A stretch of 64,000 bases of DNA from Oscillospiraceae bacterium (lineage in GTDB: Bacteria; Bacillota; Clostridia; Oscillospirales; Ruminococcaceae), in the NCBI GenBank assembly GCA_009777635.1, contig WRLK01000006.1:7850-71849 (forward strand). Reading direction: 5' to 3'. Both the position numbers and the translations under genes were made by a program. Of this stretch, positions 1-8,074 are shown piece by piece. The notes below the pieces were generated by a model. It made no database searches, was not told the origin of the DNA, and worked only from the letters and a program-made list of their open reading frames with translations. Every line of letters begins with the position of its first letter. Position 1 is the first letter of the stretch.

Positions 1-110
1 CCGTCATCGCGGATTGCATCTGGAAAACAGCCACGGATTTTGAAAAGCACGCCGATTTGGTCCGCGCGAAAGTCACTGAGCTGCTAAAGAAATACCCGCT
101 ATATGAATAA
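1..110 (+). CDS. 3' end of an upstream CDS (partial; possibly serine hydroxymethyltransferase C-terminus)
   Basis: Open frame from position 3 to TAA at 108-110, reading ...VIADCIWKTATDFEKHADLVRAKVTELLKKYPLYE*. The K-V-x-x-L-x-x-x-Y-P-L-Y ending resembles SHMT C-termini as I remember them. The fragment is too short to be sure. Confidence 0.3.
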   Translation, partial: VIADCIWKTATDFEKHADLVRAKVTELLKKYPLYE

Positions 111-189
111 CAAATAGTTTAATATTTATAAATAATACATATAGTAAACGGGGCGATATTAGCGTTAAGTCTTGATTGGGAGAGTATTT

Positions 190-522
190 ATGGCCACTTG
201 GAACATTATTTTACTCGCGATTCTCGCAGCGGTTGTGCTGGGAAGCGTAGGCGGGGTCGTGATTGGGAAGTACCTTGTAAAACGCGAGAAATCGAACAGG
301 AAACCGGTACTTTCGAAAAGGGAAAGAATCATCTACCTTGCCTGTATCGCGCTTGGAACCGCGTTTATACTTTTCGGCGTATTTTTCAAATTCCCGGGCG
401 CGGATAACAGCATGGATATGTACGACCCCGGTATGATTCAGGACGGAGGCGGCTCAGGAGGCGGCGCAATCATGCCGAGAGGGGTGCGCGGAGGCGGAGG
501 CGTGAGAATCCAGATGGGATAA
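190..522 (+). CDS. small membrane protein with Gly-rich C-terminal tail (hypothetical)
   Basis: ATG at 190 follows GGGAGAG. The track ORF starts at an upstream TTG at 172. Two hydrophobic segments are followed by a GGGSGGG...RGGGG tail. No family recognised. Confidence 0.45.
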   Translation: MATWNIILLAILAAVVLGSVGGVVIGKYLVKREKSNRKPVLSKRERIIYLACIALGTAFILFGVFFKFPGADNSMDMYDPGMIQDGGGSGGGAIMPRGVRGGGGVRIQMG

Positions 523-532
523 GAACCTTTCC

Positions 533-562
533 TTGACAATATTATGCAATATATGCTATATT
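533..562 (+). promoter_or_regulatory. sigma-A type promoter for the riboswitch-folT transcript
   Basis: TTGACA (533-538), 18-nt spacer, TATATT (557-562). The aptamer starts about 7 nt downstream. Confidence 0.55.
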
Positions 563-568
563 ATTGTT

Positions 569-665
569 GCAAAGTAGGCAGGCATGCGTTAAGTGTCCGG
601 CGGACGGGGAGCTGCCACCGGAACGAAAAGGTAAAACTTGCGGTGTGCCGGCCGTATCCCGTTGC
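569..665 (+). promoter_or_regulatory. THF (tetrahydrofolate) riboswitch aptamer
   Basis: GCAAAGUAGGCAGGCAUGCGUUAAGUGUCCGG...GGGGAGC...CCGGAACGAAAAGG...GCGGUGUGCC...GUAUCCCGUUGC matches the remembered E. siraeum THF aptamer blocks (AGUAG, GCGUUAAGUGU, GGGA, AACGAA, GCGGUG, AUCC). P1 pairs GCAA with UUGC. It lies upstream of a FolT-like gene. Confidence 0.8.
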
Positions 666-694
666 TACGATAAACAGGTAGTGCCGCGGTTAGG

Positions 695-736
695 AACCTC
701 TTTGATTGTAGCAATACAATAAAGGAGGTTTTTTTG
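695..736 (+). terminator. riboswitch expression platform: terminator-like hairpin that also sequesters the SD
   Basis: AACCTCTTTGATTGTA-GCAA-TACAATAAAGGAGGTT followed by TTTTTT. The 3' arm contains the AAAGGAGG ribosome-binding site of the ATG at 739. Confidence 0.65.
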
Positions 737-738
737 CT

Positions 739-1305
739 ATGTCCGCGCTTAAAAAATTACTGAAAAATTCTTACAGGGAGCTTAAAAATCCGCGTTCACT
801 GACATCTGCGTCGCTTTTAACCGCAATCTATATTGTGTCGTATTACCCCGCGATCGGCAGGTTTATCATTGTTCCGGGGATTGTTGAAATCCGGCTTGGG
901 TTTATTGCGATTGCCGTTGCGGCTGCGCTGTTTGGGCCGTTTATGGCGGCAATCGTTGCGTTTTTAGGCGATTTGATAGGTGCGCTGCTGCTTTCGGGCG
1001 TGTCGTTTTTCTGGGGCTTTACGGTCAGCTTTATGCTTTTAGGATTTGTTTTCGGGCTTTGTTTTTACAAAAAAAAGATTACGCTTTCAAGAATTGTGTG
1101 CGCCCAACTGTTCAACACATGCGTTATTAGCCTTTTGCTTACCACCAAATGGCTGCAAATCATTAGCGGAAGCTCTTTTCAGGAATTATTTTTATTGCGG
1201 CTTCCGTTAAGCGCCGTCATGCTGCCGATTAATATCATACTGCTGTATTTTTCGTTGCGGGCAGTATGCGCGGCATATGACCGCGTGATTGCGGGCTATA
1301 GATAA
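739..1305 (+). CDS. folT: ECF-transporter S component, folate family (FolT-like)
   Basis: 188-aa polytopic membrane protein of ECF S-component size, lying directly behind a THF riboswitch, which is the classic context for folT. Confidence 0.65.
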   Translation: MSALKKLLKNSYRELKNPRSLTSASLLTAIYIVSYYPAIGRFIIVPGIVEIRLGFIAIAVAAALFGPFMAAIVAFLGDLIGALLLSGVSFFWGFTVSFMLLGFVFGLCFYKKKITLSRIVCAQLFNTCVISLLLTTKWLQIISGSSFQELFLLRLPLSAVMLPINIILLYFSLRAVCAAYDRVIAGYR

Positions 1306-1385
1306 AATAATCTTCAAAAAGCTCTCAAGTTTTCAAAGTTTCGACCGATATATATGATGAGTTCTTCCGGGAGGGGGCATAAGTC

Positions 1386-1559
1386 ATGGATTTAGCATCG
1401 CTTGCCGTTGCGAAAAACTTACAGATGTTACAGGCCACGGCTTCGACGATGGTGCTGAAAAAAGCTATGGGACAGGACGCGCAGTCAATGGCTGCCGTGC
1501 TGCAGATGGCACAGCCTCAGCTTGCCGTTCCGCCGGGGCATATGGACATCCGGGTTTAA
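1386..1559 (+). CDS. YjfB-family small protein (putative motility protein family)
   Basis: 57-codon ORF not in the track: MDLASLAVAKNLQMLQATASTMVLKKAMGQDAQSMAAVLQMAQPQLAVPPGHMDIRV. It fits the YjfB pattern (MDI..S...VLKKAMD....LL.M.....G..IDI.) as remembered. Confidence 0.6.
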   Translation: MDLASLAVAKNLQMLQATASTMVLKKAMGQDAQSMAAVLQMAQPQLAVPPGHMDIRV

Positions 1560-1573
1560 ACTTGGAAGAAGGA

Positions 1574-1600
1574 ACAAAACCGCCGGTATGGCGGTTTTGT
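1574..1600. terminator. bidirectional intrinsic terminator between convergent genes
   Basis: ACAAAACCGCC-GGTAT-GGCGGTTTTGT, an 11-bp stem with A/T-rich flanks on both sides. Confidence 0.6.
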
Positions 1601-1615
1601 TATTGTTTCTGTTAT

Positions 1616-3274
1616 TTATTCAACCGAAATAATATAATAATACACGGGCTGGCCTCCGCTGAGCATCATCAGCTCTATCGTATCCGGAAGCTTTGCCTCA
1701 AGCAGCTTTCTAAGCTCCTCGGCCTGCTCCTCCGTGACATCATTCCCATAGAGAAGCGTGACGAACGCGCTGTCCCGCTTGACAAGCGACTTTACAAGCT
1801 TTATTGCGGCTTTGTTTAAATCCTTGTCCGAAAACGAAACCTTGCCGTTTTCAAGCGCTAAAATCTCACCTTTTTTTATCTTGTGCCCGTCAAGAACCGA
1901 ATCGCGCGCTGCAAACGTGATTTGTCCCGTACCGACGTGCTCGATTGCTTTGATCATGTTAAGCTGGTTCTCCGCGAGCTTTAGCTCGGCGTCGAACGCA
2001 ATCAGCGAGGCAAGCCCCTGCGGTATGGATTTTGTAGGCAGCACATAGACGCCGCGGTCTGCGAGCTTTACGGTTTGCTCAGCCGCCATGATAATGTTTT
2101 TATTATTCGGGAGCACAATCACGGTTTTGGCGGGGGTTGCGTGTATCGCGTCGAGGATATCGTCGGTGGAAGGGTTCATTGTCTGCCCGCCGTTCACGAC
2201 GTTATCAGCGCCGAGGTCTTTTAAAAGCGTGGTGACGCCGTCGCCGGACGCAACCGCGACGAAGCCGTATTCGCAGTCGGAATCAACGGCTGTGTACTGG
2301 AATTTTTGCGCGGCGGATGCGCTTTTCTGCGCGCCGCGTTTTTGCGCCGCATGTTGCTCACGCATGTTTTCAATCTTCATATTGTTAAGGGAACCCGATT
2401 CCAAAGCCTTTTGCAGCGCGTTGCCCGGGTTGTCGGTATGCAGGTGGCATTTGATGATTTCGTCGTCGTCAACAACGACGACGCTGTCGCCGATCGACTC
2501 AAGGTATGCCCGCAGGGAAAGCGCGTCCGCGCCGTCCGGCGCTTTTTCAACGATAAATTCGGTGCAGTAAGTAAACGTGATTTCGCCCTCGTATTCACCG
2601 GCGGCGTTTCGCTCATCCGGAATTTCAGCGGGAATTCCTTTATTGTCGGGGATAATCCCGCCGCCCGAAAACACGGAATACATGCCCTCGAACGCGAGCA
2701 CAAGCCCGCGGCCGCCGGCGTCCACAACCCCTGCTTTTTTAAGTACCGGCAGAAGCTCCGGCGTCCTTTCGAGGCTTTCCCTCGACTCTTCGAGGATGAT
2801 CCTGAAAAGCTCGGCTTCCGTTATGTTATTGTCTTTTTGAAGCGCTTCCCTCGCCTTTTGGGCGCTTTCGCGGGCAACGGTAAGCATTGTGCCCTCGGTT
2901 GGCTTCATAACGGCTTTGTAAGCGGAGTCCACGCCGATCTCAAGCGCGCTTGCAAGGTTTTCCGAGCCGGCTACGGTTTTCTCGTGCAGCCCTTTCGCAA
3001 AGCCGCGGAACAACAGCGACAAGATAACGCCCGAGTTGCCCCTTGCCCCGCGCAGCAGCGCCGCCGCCGCCGTCTGCGCCGCGTCGCCCGCGGCGACGGC
3101 GGCGGGCTGCAGTAAAAGCTCGCGTTTTGCGGCGTTCATGGTCATGGACATATTCGTTCCCGTGTCGCCGTCCGGCACGGGGAAGACATTCAGCGCATCC
3201 ACCGCTTGGCGGTTATTTGCGATATTGTTGGCGGCGCTTATCATCGCGTCGCGTATGGCAGCTCCATTCAACAC
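1616..3274 (-). CDS. yloV: DAK2 domain fusion protein YloV
   Basis: 552 aa. The N-terminal Dak2 motif FPVPDGDTGTNM is followed by a DegV-like C-terminal half. It follows an Asp23 gene, as in the Firmicutes yloU-yloV pair. Confidence 0.85.
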   Translation of the reverse strand: MLNGAAIRDAMISAANNIANNRQAVDALNVFPVPDGDTGTNMSMTMNAAKRELLLQPAAVAAGDAAQTAAAALLRGARGNSGVILSLLFRGFAKGLHEKTVAGSENLASALEIGVDSAYKAVMKPTEGTMLTVARESAQKAREALQKDNNITEAELFRIILEESRESLERTPELLPVLKKAGVVDAGGRGLVLAFEGMYSVFSGGGIIPDNKGIPAEIPDERNAAGEYEGEITFTYCTEFIVEKAPDGADALSLRAYLESIGDSVVVVDDDEIIKCHLHTDNPGNALQKALESGSLNNMKIENMREQHAAQKRGAQKSASAAQKFQYTAVDSDCEYGFVAVASGDGVTTLLKDLGADNVVNGGQTMNPSTDDILDAIHATPAKTVIVLPNNKNIIMAAEQTVKLADRGVYVLPTKSIPQGLASLIAFDAELKLAENQLNMIKAIEHVGTGQITFAARDSVLDGHKIKKGEILALENGKVSFSDKDLNKAAIKLVKSLVKRDSAFVTLLYGNDVTEEQAEELRKLLEAKLPDTIELMMLSGGQPVYYYIISVE

Positions 3275-3296
3275 AGTTTATCTACCCTCCAAGCTT

Positions 3297-3671
3297 TTAG
3301 TGAACCTTCATGTCGGCGATATAGACGTTGACCTTTCCGACCGTCAGGCCGCATGCCGCTTCAACGGTATAAGTCACCTTATTTATGATGCTCTTTACAA
3401 TCGCGCTGATGTTCACGCCGTATGTCACCGCGATATGCAAATCAATCGTAAGCCGCCCGCCCGACTCGCGCACTTTCACGCCCTTATCCTGGATGTCCTT
3501 GCCCTTGCCGGACAGGATGGAGCGAAGCCCCTGCGACGGAGTCGAGTTCACAAGCCCGGAAACGCCGAAGCACTCCCCGACGACATGGCCGATCAAATGC
3601 GCAAAATAAGTGTTCGAGACGTCGATTACGCCAAGATGGTTTTCTATCCTGATCAAATCAAAACCCTCCAA
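3297..3671 (-). CDS. Asp23/Gls24 family envelope stress protein (YloU-like)
   Basis: About 120 aa with Asp23-like sequence (GVSGLV...V.V......I.L.I.V.YG..I). The ORF starts at TTG 3671. A second TTG at 3656 behind GGAGG is an alternative start. Confidence 0.8.
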   Translation of the reverse strand: MEGFDLIRIENHLGVIDVSNTYFAHLIGHVVGECFGVSGLVNSTPSQGLRSILSGKGKDIQDKGVKVRESGGRLTIDLHIAVTYGVNISAIVKSIINKVTYTVEAACGLTVGKVNVYIADMKVH

Positions 3672-3686
3672 ACTTTAAAAACCGGT

Positions 3687-4124
3687 CTATTCATTTTCGT
3701 CCGCGACGAAAAGGTAAGCTGATATCCTCTCGAATGTGGCGTCGCCCACGCCCTGAATCTCCCTTAGCTGCTCAAGGCTTGTGTACCCTCCAAGCACGTC
3801 GCGGTACTGGACAATCCGCTGCGACATGACGTTGCCGACCTGCGGGATAAACATAAGCTCCGCCTGTGTCGCAAGGTTTATATCAAGCGGGAACGTCACG
3901 CTTTCTAAAACATCATCGCCGCTGTAGTAGAAATCCGGATCATCGTCCTCCAAGGCGGCGGGAGCGTCCGGCTGTACCGGCTCTGCCGGATTTGGTGCGG
4001 CGGGCATGGCGTACGAGATATAAACTGGGAACGACGTGCGAAACGCAAGATTGTAAAAAACCATGAACCCGGTCGTGGCGACGGCGACGGCAAGCAGTAT
4101 GTTGTAGGGGAGAAACGGCTTCAA
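3687..4124 (-). CDS. comEA: ComEA-family helix-hairpin-helix DNA-binding protein
   Basis: N-terminal TM segment, then a C-terminal tandem HhH (INLATQAELMFIPQVG...LEQLREIQGVGDATFERI). TTG start. Confidence 0.7.
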   Translation of the reverse strand: MKPFLPYNILLAVAVATTGFMVFYNLAFRTSFPVYISYAMPAAPNPAEPVQPDAPAALEDDDPDFYYSGDDVLESVTFPLDINLATQAELMFIPQVGNVMSQRIVQYRDVLGGYTSLEQLREIQGVGDATFERISAYLFVADENE

Positions 4125-4187
4125 CTGGGAAACGCCCCTTCCTTAACAGTATATCATATCGAACTTAAAAATAAAACCCCGCCGTTA

Positions 4188-4400
4188 TTATTCCGGCATC
4201 GAATCGTTTATTTCAAACAAATCGTTCGGCTCGCACTCAAGAATATTGCAGAGGGCTTCAATGTTTGAAAATTTTATCATCTTCGTTTTGTTTTTTATCA
4301 TCCTATCAAACGCATGGTATGACATTCCCATTTGTTTGTAAAGCCAGTATTTCGTTTTTTCGCGTTTTTCAAGTATTTCAAGCGCACGTAACCTTATCAT
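4188..4400 (-). CDS. XRE-family helix-turn-helix transcriptional regulator
   Basis: 70 aa with a Cro/C1-type HTH (KTKYWLYKQMGMSYHAFDRM...FSNIEALCNILECEPNDLF). Confidence 0.75.
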   Translation of the reverse strand: MIRLRALEILEKREKTKYWLYKQMGMSYHAFDRMIKNKTKMIKFSNIEALCNILECEPNDLFEINDSMPE

Positions 4401-4511
4401 GATATATATCCTCCTCGTATATCAAGTATGCATGATATTACTACTTTACATCAAGATATTTACATAACGTGTTTATTATGAATATCTTAAGAATATATAA
4501 GATATAGGCTG

Positions 4512-4544
4512 GGGCGTTGAGCGGTAGTGGGAACACGCCCTAAA
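4512..4544. repeat. 33-nt hairpin repeat, copy A (see 5975-6007)
   Basis: GGGCGTTGAGCGGTAGTGGGAACACGCCCTAAA. It matches copy B at 32/33 positions in the same orientation. GGGCGT/ACGCCC forms a stem. Confidence 0.85.
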
Positions 4545-4554
4545 TTTAAAATCA

Positions 4555-4590
4555 CATAAAAAAAACAGCCTTGCGGCTGTTTTTTGGCTG
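4555..4590. terminator. intrinsic terminator after rpsR (bidirectional shape)
   Basis: A-run, then ACAGCC-TTGC-GGCTGT, then a T-run. It lies immediately 3' of the rpsR stop on the minus strand. Confidence 0.7.
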
Positions 4591-4595
4591 TTTTC

Positions 4596-4874
4596 TTATT
4601 CGCTTACAAACGGCAGAAGCGCGATGTGTCTCGCCCGCTTTACCGCAACGGTTAAGTCGCGCTGATGGCGTGCGCATGTACCGGTAACACGTCGAGGCAC
4701 AATCTTTGCGCGTTCGCTTAAATAGCGCTTTAAGCGGGGGATATCCTTATAATCGATATCGTAAACTTTATCAACGCAGAAAGAACAAACCTTTTTACGG
4801 CCTTTCCTGCCGCCGCGAAACCCGCGGTCGCCGCGATCGCCGCGGTCCTCGCGCGGCCTATCGGTTTTTTCCAT
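4596..4874 (-). CDS. rpsR: 30S ribosomal protein S18
   Basis: MEKTDRP...[10 protein letters not shown]...IDYKD...[25 protein letters not shown]. The ATG at 4874 is preceded by AGGAGG. The track ORF extends spuriously upstream to 4946. Confidence 0.9.
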   Translation of the reverse strand: MEKTDRPREDRGDRGDRGFRGGRKGRKKVCSFCVDKVYDIDYKDIPRLKRYLSERAKIVPRRVTGTCARHQRDLTVAVKRARHIALLPFVSE

Positions 4875-5017
4875 GGCTTTAAATCCTCCTAACTGTCTGA
4901 CTGTGTTTGGCCAAAGGGCCGCATGATTCCCATTCGTGGGTTTCATACCCCTCCCTTAGGCTACGGTGTAATTCATAATGCCATACCCCCGTAGCTTGCT
5001 GTGGGGCGCATGATTTT

Positions 5018-5461
5018 CTAGAACGGCAAATCGCCGTCGTCGTCGATGTCGGCGAAATCGTCCACGCTGCCGCTTGAATAAGCGGGCGCGGGCGGAGCCT
5101 GCGCGTCGTTTGGCACGGGAGCCCCTCCGCCGACCGAAGCGTTTTTACTTTCGACAAAATGTGCGCTGTCGGCTACGATTTCCCATGCACGGCGGTTCTG
5201 ACCGTTTTTATCGACATATGTCCGCGTCTGGATGGCACCCTCGATGAGGATCGCTTTGCCTTTTGTAAAGTACCGGCAAATGAACTCGGCGGTTTGGCGC
5301 CATGCGACAATGTCGAGGAAATCGGTCTGGCGTTCGCCGCCTTTCGGTGCGAACGCACGGCTGACCGCGATCGAAAACGACGTCACGGATATACCGTTTG
5401 GCGTAGATTTAAGCTCCGGGTCGGCCGTCAGCCTGCCGACTAAAACGGCTTTGTTATACAT
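5018..5461 (-). CDS. ssb: single-stranded DNA-binding protein
   Basis: OB-fold N-terminus (MYNKAVLVGRLTADPELK), a Gly/Pro-rich linker and an acidic DDDGDLPF tail. Lies between rpsF and rpsR. Confidence 0.9.
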   Translation of the reverse strand: MYNKAVLVGRLTADPELKSTPNGISVTSFSIAVSRAFAPKGGERQTDFLDIVAWRQTAEFICRYFTKGKAILIEGAIQTRTYVDKNGQNRRAWEIVADSAHFVESKNASVGGGAPVPNDAQAPPAPAYSSGSVDDFADIDDDGDLPF

Positions 5462-5473
5462 AACATGACCACC

Positions 5474-5791
5474 TTACGCTTTCTGTTCGTCATCATCTTC
5501 GTCTTTTAGGATAATCATCGAGCGCAAAACACCGTCGGTGATTTTGTAGATGCGGTTTAATTCCGTGGGGAACTCGGGCTTAGAGGTAAATTCGACAAGA
5601 TAATAATACCCCTCAAGCTCGTCTTCTATGGGGTATGCGAGCTTGCGCTTGCCCCACTCCGTAACCTTATCCACCGTGGCGTTTTCTTCGATGAGCGCCT
5701 TGAACTTTTCCCACAGCGCGGCAATGCCGTCATCGCCAAGCGTTGTACTGAAAATCATCACAGTTTCATAACTTCCGGAAACTTTTGCCAT
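5474..5791 (-). CDS. rpsF: 30S ribosomal protein S6
   Basis: MAKVSGSYETVMIF...WGKRKLAYPI. The ATG at 5791 is preceded by AAAGGAGG. The upstream extension in the track ORF is spurious. Confidence 0.9.
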   Translation of the reverse strand: MAKVSGSYETVMIFSTTLGDDGIAALWEKFKALIEENATVDKVTEWGKRKLAYPIEDELEGYYYLVEFTSKPEFPTELNRIYKITDGVLRSMIILKDEDDDEQKA

Positions 5792-5876
5792 TATTGTGCA
5801 CCTCCTTTTGGACATATGGCCCCGGATATTGTCATCCGGAGCAAGGAGCGCCTTTTTTACAGGTCGCAACTAAAAT

Positions 5877-5905
5877 ATTATATCAGCATCGCGCGGACAA
5901 GTCAA
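5877..5905 (-). promoter_or_regulatory. sigma-A promoter of the rpsF-ssb-rpsR operon
   Basis: On the minus strand: TTGACT, 17 nt, TATAAT. It leaves a leader of about 80 nt containing the hairpin CCGGATGACAATATCCGG, possibly an S6:S18-type leader (not verified). Confidence 0.55.
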
Positions 5906-5974
5906 GCATTAGACCTCTTACAAAACTTACTCTCGTAAAGCCACTCGCTTTCCAGTTGCGCAAGAGGTCTATTA

Positions 5975-6007
5975 GGGCGTTGAGCGGTAGTAGGAACACG
6001 CCCTAAA
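5975..6007. repeat. 33-nt hairpin repeat, copy B
   Basis: GGGCGTTGAGCGGTAGTAGGAACACGCCCTAAA. It overlaps the galU stop codon. Confidence 0.85.
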
Positions 6008-6875
6008 GGTGTTTGGCAAGCTCGATCAAGTATTCCCGGAAATCCCCGCCGATTTCCGGATGCTTAAGCGCAATTTCCACATTGGCCTGAATAACGCCGA
6101 GCTTGTTGCCGGTGTCATACCGCTTGCCGGAAAAATCAACGCCTATCATCGTATCCGTCTTTGCAAGGTTTTTCATCGCGTCCGTCAATTGGATTTCCCC
6201 GCCCGCGCCTGGCTGGGTAATCTCGAGCATATCAAAAATATTCGGCGGCAAAACGCACCGCCCGAGTATCGCATAATTTGAAAATTCCTGGCCTTTCGGC
6301 GGCTTCTCGATCATGTCGGTGATTTGGAATACTTTATTGCCGATAGGTAAAATTTTCACCGACGAGTAGCGGGTAAGGTCCTGAGGCGTAACGGTTTTTA
6401 TGCCGACGACGCCCAGACCATAATTTTCGTATTCCCTGCAAAGCTCAAGGCATGCCGGAACGTTTCCGCCAAAAATTACGTCGTCGCCGTAAAGCACGGC
6501 AAACGGTTCGTCACCGACAAAGGATTTTGCGTGGTAGACGGCGTGCCCGAGCCCCAGAATCTCCTGCTGGCGCACGAAATGAATGTTTGCCATATGCGAG
6601 ATTTTCACCATTTCATTAAGCTCTTTTTCACGTCTGGCCCGGACCAGCTTCTGCTCAAGCTCGGGGCTGCGGTCAAAATGATCCTCGATGGTGCTCTTTC
6701 CGCGGCTCGTGATGATGAGGATATCCTCAATTCCTGATGCAACGACCTCCTCCACAAGATATTGGATTGCCGGCTTGTCAACGATATTTATCATTTCCTT
6801 AGGAGTTGCTTTTGAGGTAGGCAGCATACGAGTGCCGAGCCCTGCTGCGGGAATCACGGCCTTTTTAACTTTCAT
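6003..6875 (-). CDS. galU: UTP--glucose-1-phosphate uridylyltransferase
   Basis: 290 aa. KAVIPAAGLGTRMLP nucleotide-binding motif, VEKP-like IEKP motif and overall GalU length. Confidence 0.9.
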   Translation of the reverse strand: MKVKKAVIPAAGLGTRMLPTSKATPKEMINIVDKPAIQYLVEEVVASGIEDILIITSRGKSTIEDHFDRSPELEQKLVRARREKELNEMVKISHMANIHFVRQQEILGLGHAVYHAKSFVGDEPFAVLYGDDVIFGGNVPACLELCREYENYGLGVVGIKTVTPQDLTRYSSVKILPIGNKVFQITDMIEKPPKGQEFSNYAILGRCVLPPNIFDMLEITQPGAGGEIQLTDAMKNLAKTDTMIGVDFSGKRYDTGNKLGVIQANVEIALKHPEIGGDFREYLIELAKHL

Positions 6876-7883
6876 CTAAAAACCTCCCATGTATAAAAGG
6901 ACTGAAGCTGCTAGGAAATAGCCTGAGATAATCGCGGCGGCCGACACGACGACCGCGCTTTTGCTGACGCCGCCTTTCGACGAAAGCTTACCTGCGTATT
7001 CGCGCTCGTCGATAGGCTCGGTGCGCGACATGCGTATTTTTTTGACGTCCGACAAGGCTTTTGAATAATAAAACCGGTTCGCGCAAAAAGACAAAATAAG
7101 CCCAATGAAAAAGTTAATCGTGCCGGTAACGTTCACCAGCGACTGGTAATGCGCCACGGCCACGTGATTGACATAGGCCTCCGGCCCTAGGTTCCATTTG
7201 TGGATAATCTGCGGCAGCAGCTCCCTTGCCTGCAAAAAGCTGGGGATCGCTCCGATGATAAAAAACACAAGCAAAAGAACGCCGATAAGATACATCTTGC
7301 GGTAAAAATAATACAGGAAGCCGAACAGCAACGCCGCGAAATTAAACGACAGCGTGCGGGATTCCCGGTCAATGCTTTTAAAGCGCGGCAGGTAATAAAC
7401 GGAGTTTTGACCGACATACATTGCTAAATCGCGCACGGTTTCGTCCTCGATCTTTTCATCGGGAGAAAGCCCGCCGTATATCAGTGCCTTAGGGTCAAGC
7501 TGGAAGTTGTACATTCCGGCGCTCCCCCACGGAAAGCCGCCCTGCGGAGGCCCTTCCGGCGGGGTTTGGCAGACTCCCTGCCGACTGTCGCCTGACGCCA
7601 TACGCTTGCCGCAGATCTGGCAGAATATCGCTCCGGAAAGATTAGCGGCCCCGCATGACGGGCAGGACAGCGTATCGTCCGCAGCTTTTGCAAAAGGCGT
7701 TTCCGGCGTCGGCGGACGCCACTCCTTGCCGCTTAGGTGGTCGGCGGTAAAAGCGCATTCGTTTTTTTCAAAATAGCATCCCCGATGATGCGGAGCGCCG
7801 CAGAGCGGACAGACTACAATATCGTCGTCGCGTACAAATTTTTTACTGCATACGGGGCATTTTACGCCGGTATAATTCGACAT
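6876..7883 (-). CDS. zinc-ribbon plus DUF2628-like membrane protein
   Basis: N-terminal CxxC...CxxC and a second CPSC...CQIC zinc ribbon, a Pro/Gly linker and C-terminal TM helices. Function unknown. Confidence 0.6.
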   Translation of the reverse strand: MSNYTGVKCPVCSKKFVRDDDIVVCPLCGAPHHRGCYFEKNECAFTADHLSGKEWRPPTPETPFAKAADDTLSCPSCGAANLSGAIFCQICGKRMASGDSRQGVCQTPPEGPPQGGFPWGSAGMYNFQLDPKALIYGGLSPDEKIEDETVRDLAMYVGQNSVYYLPRFKSIDRESRTLSFNFAALLFGFLYYFYRKMYLIGVLLLVFFIIGAIPSFLQARELLPQIIHKWNLGPEAYVNHVAVAHYQSLVNVTGTINFFIGLILSFCANRFYYSKALSDVKKIRMSRTEPIDEREYAGKLSSKGGVSKSAVVVSAAAIISGYFLAASVLLYMGGF

Positions 7884-8034
7884 GATTCAAAACCAATCCT
7901 TTCGCTAAACCCCACATATTACGAAAATTATTATAGTAAATTTTAACACATGTTTTCTTAAAAGTAAACTCCGCGGTAAAGGCAACAGGGAAACAGCATT
8001 TACTTTTGGAATAACATCCTCCGAAAGCAACCAC

Positions 8035-8074
8035 AAAATATGGAATCATCACTGTGAATGATTCCATATTTTCT
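8035..8074. terminator. bidirectional intrinsic terminator
   Basis: AAAA-ATATGGAATCAT-CACTGTGA-ATGATTCCATAT-TTTT, a perfect 12-bp stem directly after the MFS gene stop. Confidence 0.7.
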
